Positions 20,886 through 21,792 of a DNA stretch of 21,792 nt are shown here, piece after piece. Below the pieces are notes generated by a model. That model made no database searches. It had not been told where the DNA came from and saw only the letters and a list, made by a program, of their open reading frames with translations. A program made the position numbers and the translations under genes. The stretch's first letter is position 1, and each line of letters opens with the position of its first letter. Source of the stretch: Octopus sinensis (taxonomy: Eukaryota). Location: positions 1 to 21,792 of the forward strand of contig NW_021825442.1 of assembly GCF_006345805.1 (NCBI RefSeq), read 5' to 3'.

Positions 20886-20981
20886 ATCTCGTATCAGAAA
20901 TCTCGTATCAGAAATCTCGTATCAGAAATCTCGTATCAGAAATCTCGTATCAGAAATCTCGTATCAGAAATCTCGTATCAG
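20886..20981. repeat. 7-copy 14-bp tandem repeat (ATCTCGTATCAGAA) at the RTE 5' truncation
   Basis: gtatcag at 20891, 20905, 20919, 20933, 20947, 20961 and 20975. Confidence 0.95.
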
Positions 20982-21166
20982 CCACGTTCACTCCCACGAG
21001 AAACAATATGCGGGAGGCAGAGGAGAATGAATGTCTCGGATCGACGTTGTCAAGCAAGTAAGAAAATAATTGTCTCCCTTCTTGCCACCCTACCCACTCA
21101 CCTATCTACCAACCAACCAACCAAACTTGCCCTTCACTCTCCCTAGAATCCTATCTACCTACGCTC

Positions 21167-21241
21167 GGTAACTTGGGCAAGTTTCTTCTGTTAATGCCTT
21201 GTAAGTGAATCTGGTAGGGGGGGACTGTGTGGAAGCTCGTC
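21167..21241 (+). mobile_element. Degraded SINE A core
   Basis: aacttgggcaagtttcttctg...gccttgtaagtgaatctggtag...gaagctcgtc matches 3350-3437. Confidence 0.6.
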
Positions 21242-21306
21242 ATGTGTGTATGCATGTTTATGTGTGCGTGCGCGCGTATGTGTGTGTGTATGTTTCTTTC
21301 TGTGTT

Positions 21307-21344
21307 CCTTTCTGTGGAAGAGCGTAGGCGCGAAACGTTAAAGG
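21307..21344 (+). ncRNA. Hammerhead-like fold with an expanded core (candidate)
   Basis: CCUUU-CUGUGGAAGA-GCG(UAGG)CGC-GAAA-CG-UU^-AAAGG: 5-bp stem I, 3-bp stem II, loopless palindromic AACGUU; core has 3 extra nt versus CUGANGA. Confidence 0.35.
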
Positions 21345-21439
21345 CTTTTTTCACTTCCCGAGCGTTAAACTAATACATCTGTTGGTTGTCTACACCACCT
21401 GTCTTCGTCTTTTGTTGTTTTTGTTTTGTGAATTCAAGT

Positions 21440-21494
21440 AACACCATTATCACAATTATACTACGGCAGTCACCACCACCACCACTACCACCAA

Positions 21495-21527
<33 letters not shown>

Positions 21528-21792
21528 CATCATCACCAAACACCACCAATACTACAACACGTACCTCAAAATAAACTAAGTATTCAAGACAATTGTCTGG
21601 TCCTTGAAGGCCATCAATACTACTACCATCACTATTACCACCACCACCACCACCACCACCTCCATCTTCACCATCACCACCACCACCATTATCACCACCA
21701 CCGCCACCACTACCACCACCACAACCACCATCACCACCACCGCCATCCTCACCACCATCACCACCAATAACAGTAAACATCATCGCCACCCT
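21440..21792. repeat. (ACC)n/(ACT)n/(ATC)n trinucleotide low-complexity field
   Basis: Direct reading; source of the poly-G/V/S ORFs. Confidence 0.9.

Noticed and set aside
15800-21000. Target-site duplication for the RTE
   Set aside because: Only a weak catcttcact versus cacgttcact resemblance, which is insufficient.
21555-21625. Unique island in the trinucleotide field with a minus-strand GAG|GTACGT donor
   Set aside because: There is no convincing acceptor or recognisable peptide.

Overview
This is repeat-dense, AT-rich eukaryotic DNA. The SINE/LINE families and the abundance of (TA)n, (CA)n and (TTA)n suggest an octopus (coleoid cephalopod) genome; that is inferred from repeat content, not from a search. 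I can support no intact protein-coding gene, and most entries in the ORF track are translations of microsatellites or of a 30-bp array. The window is a nest of mobile elements: (1) a dead RTE-clade LINE (15837-20880, minus) in which part of ORF2 is replaced by a ~2.4-kb array of a 30-mer that spans the deletion junction; (2) a rearranged Penelope-like element (13317-14578) with a GIY-YIG remnant and ~305-bp inverted terminal repeats, each carrying a minimal hammerhead ribozyme fold with a compensatory U3-A8 core pair; (3) two tandem 5'-truncated R4/Dong-type fragments inside (TAA)n; (4) an L1/Tx1-like 3' end whose last ~45 nt match the tail of a local SINE family; (5) an old mariner interrupted by a SINE; (6) three tRNA-type SINE families (my labels A, B, C), with family B occurring as head-to-tail multimers carrying two alternative tails. 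There are weak hints of a minus-strand host transcript (a promoter/5' exon near 2.3-2.5 kb and a 51-nt exon at 5435-5485). All alignments and counts were done by eye.
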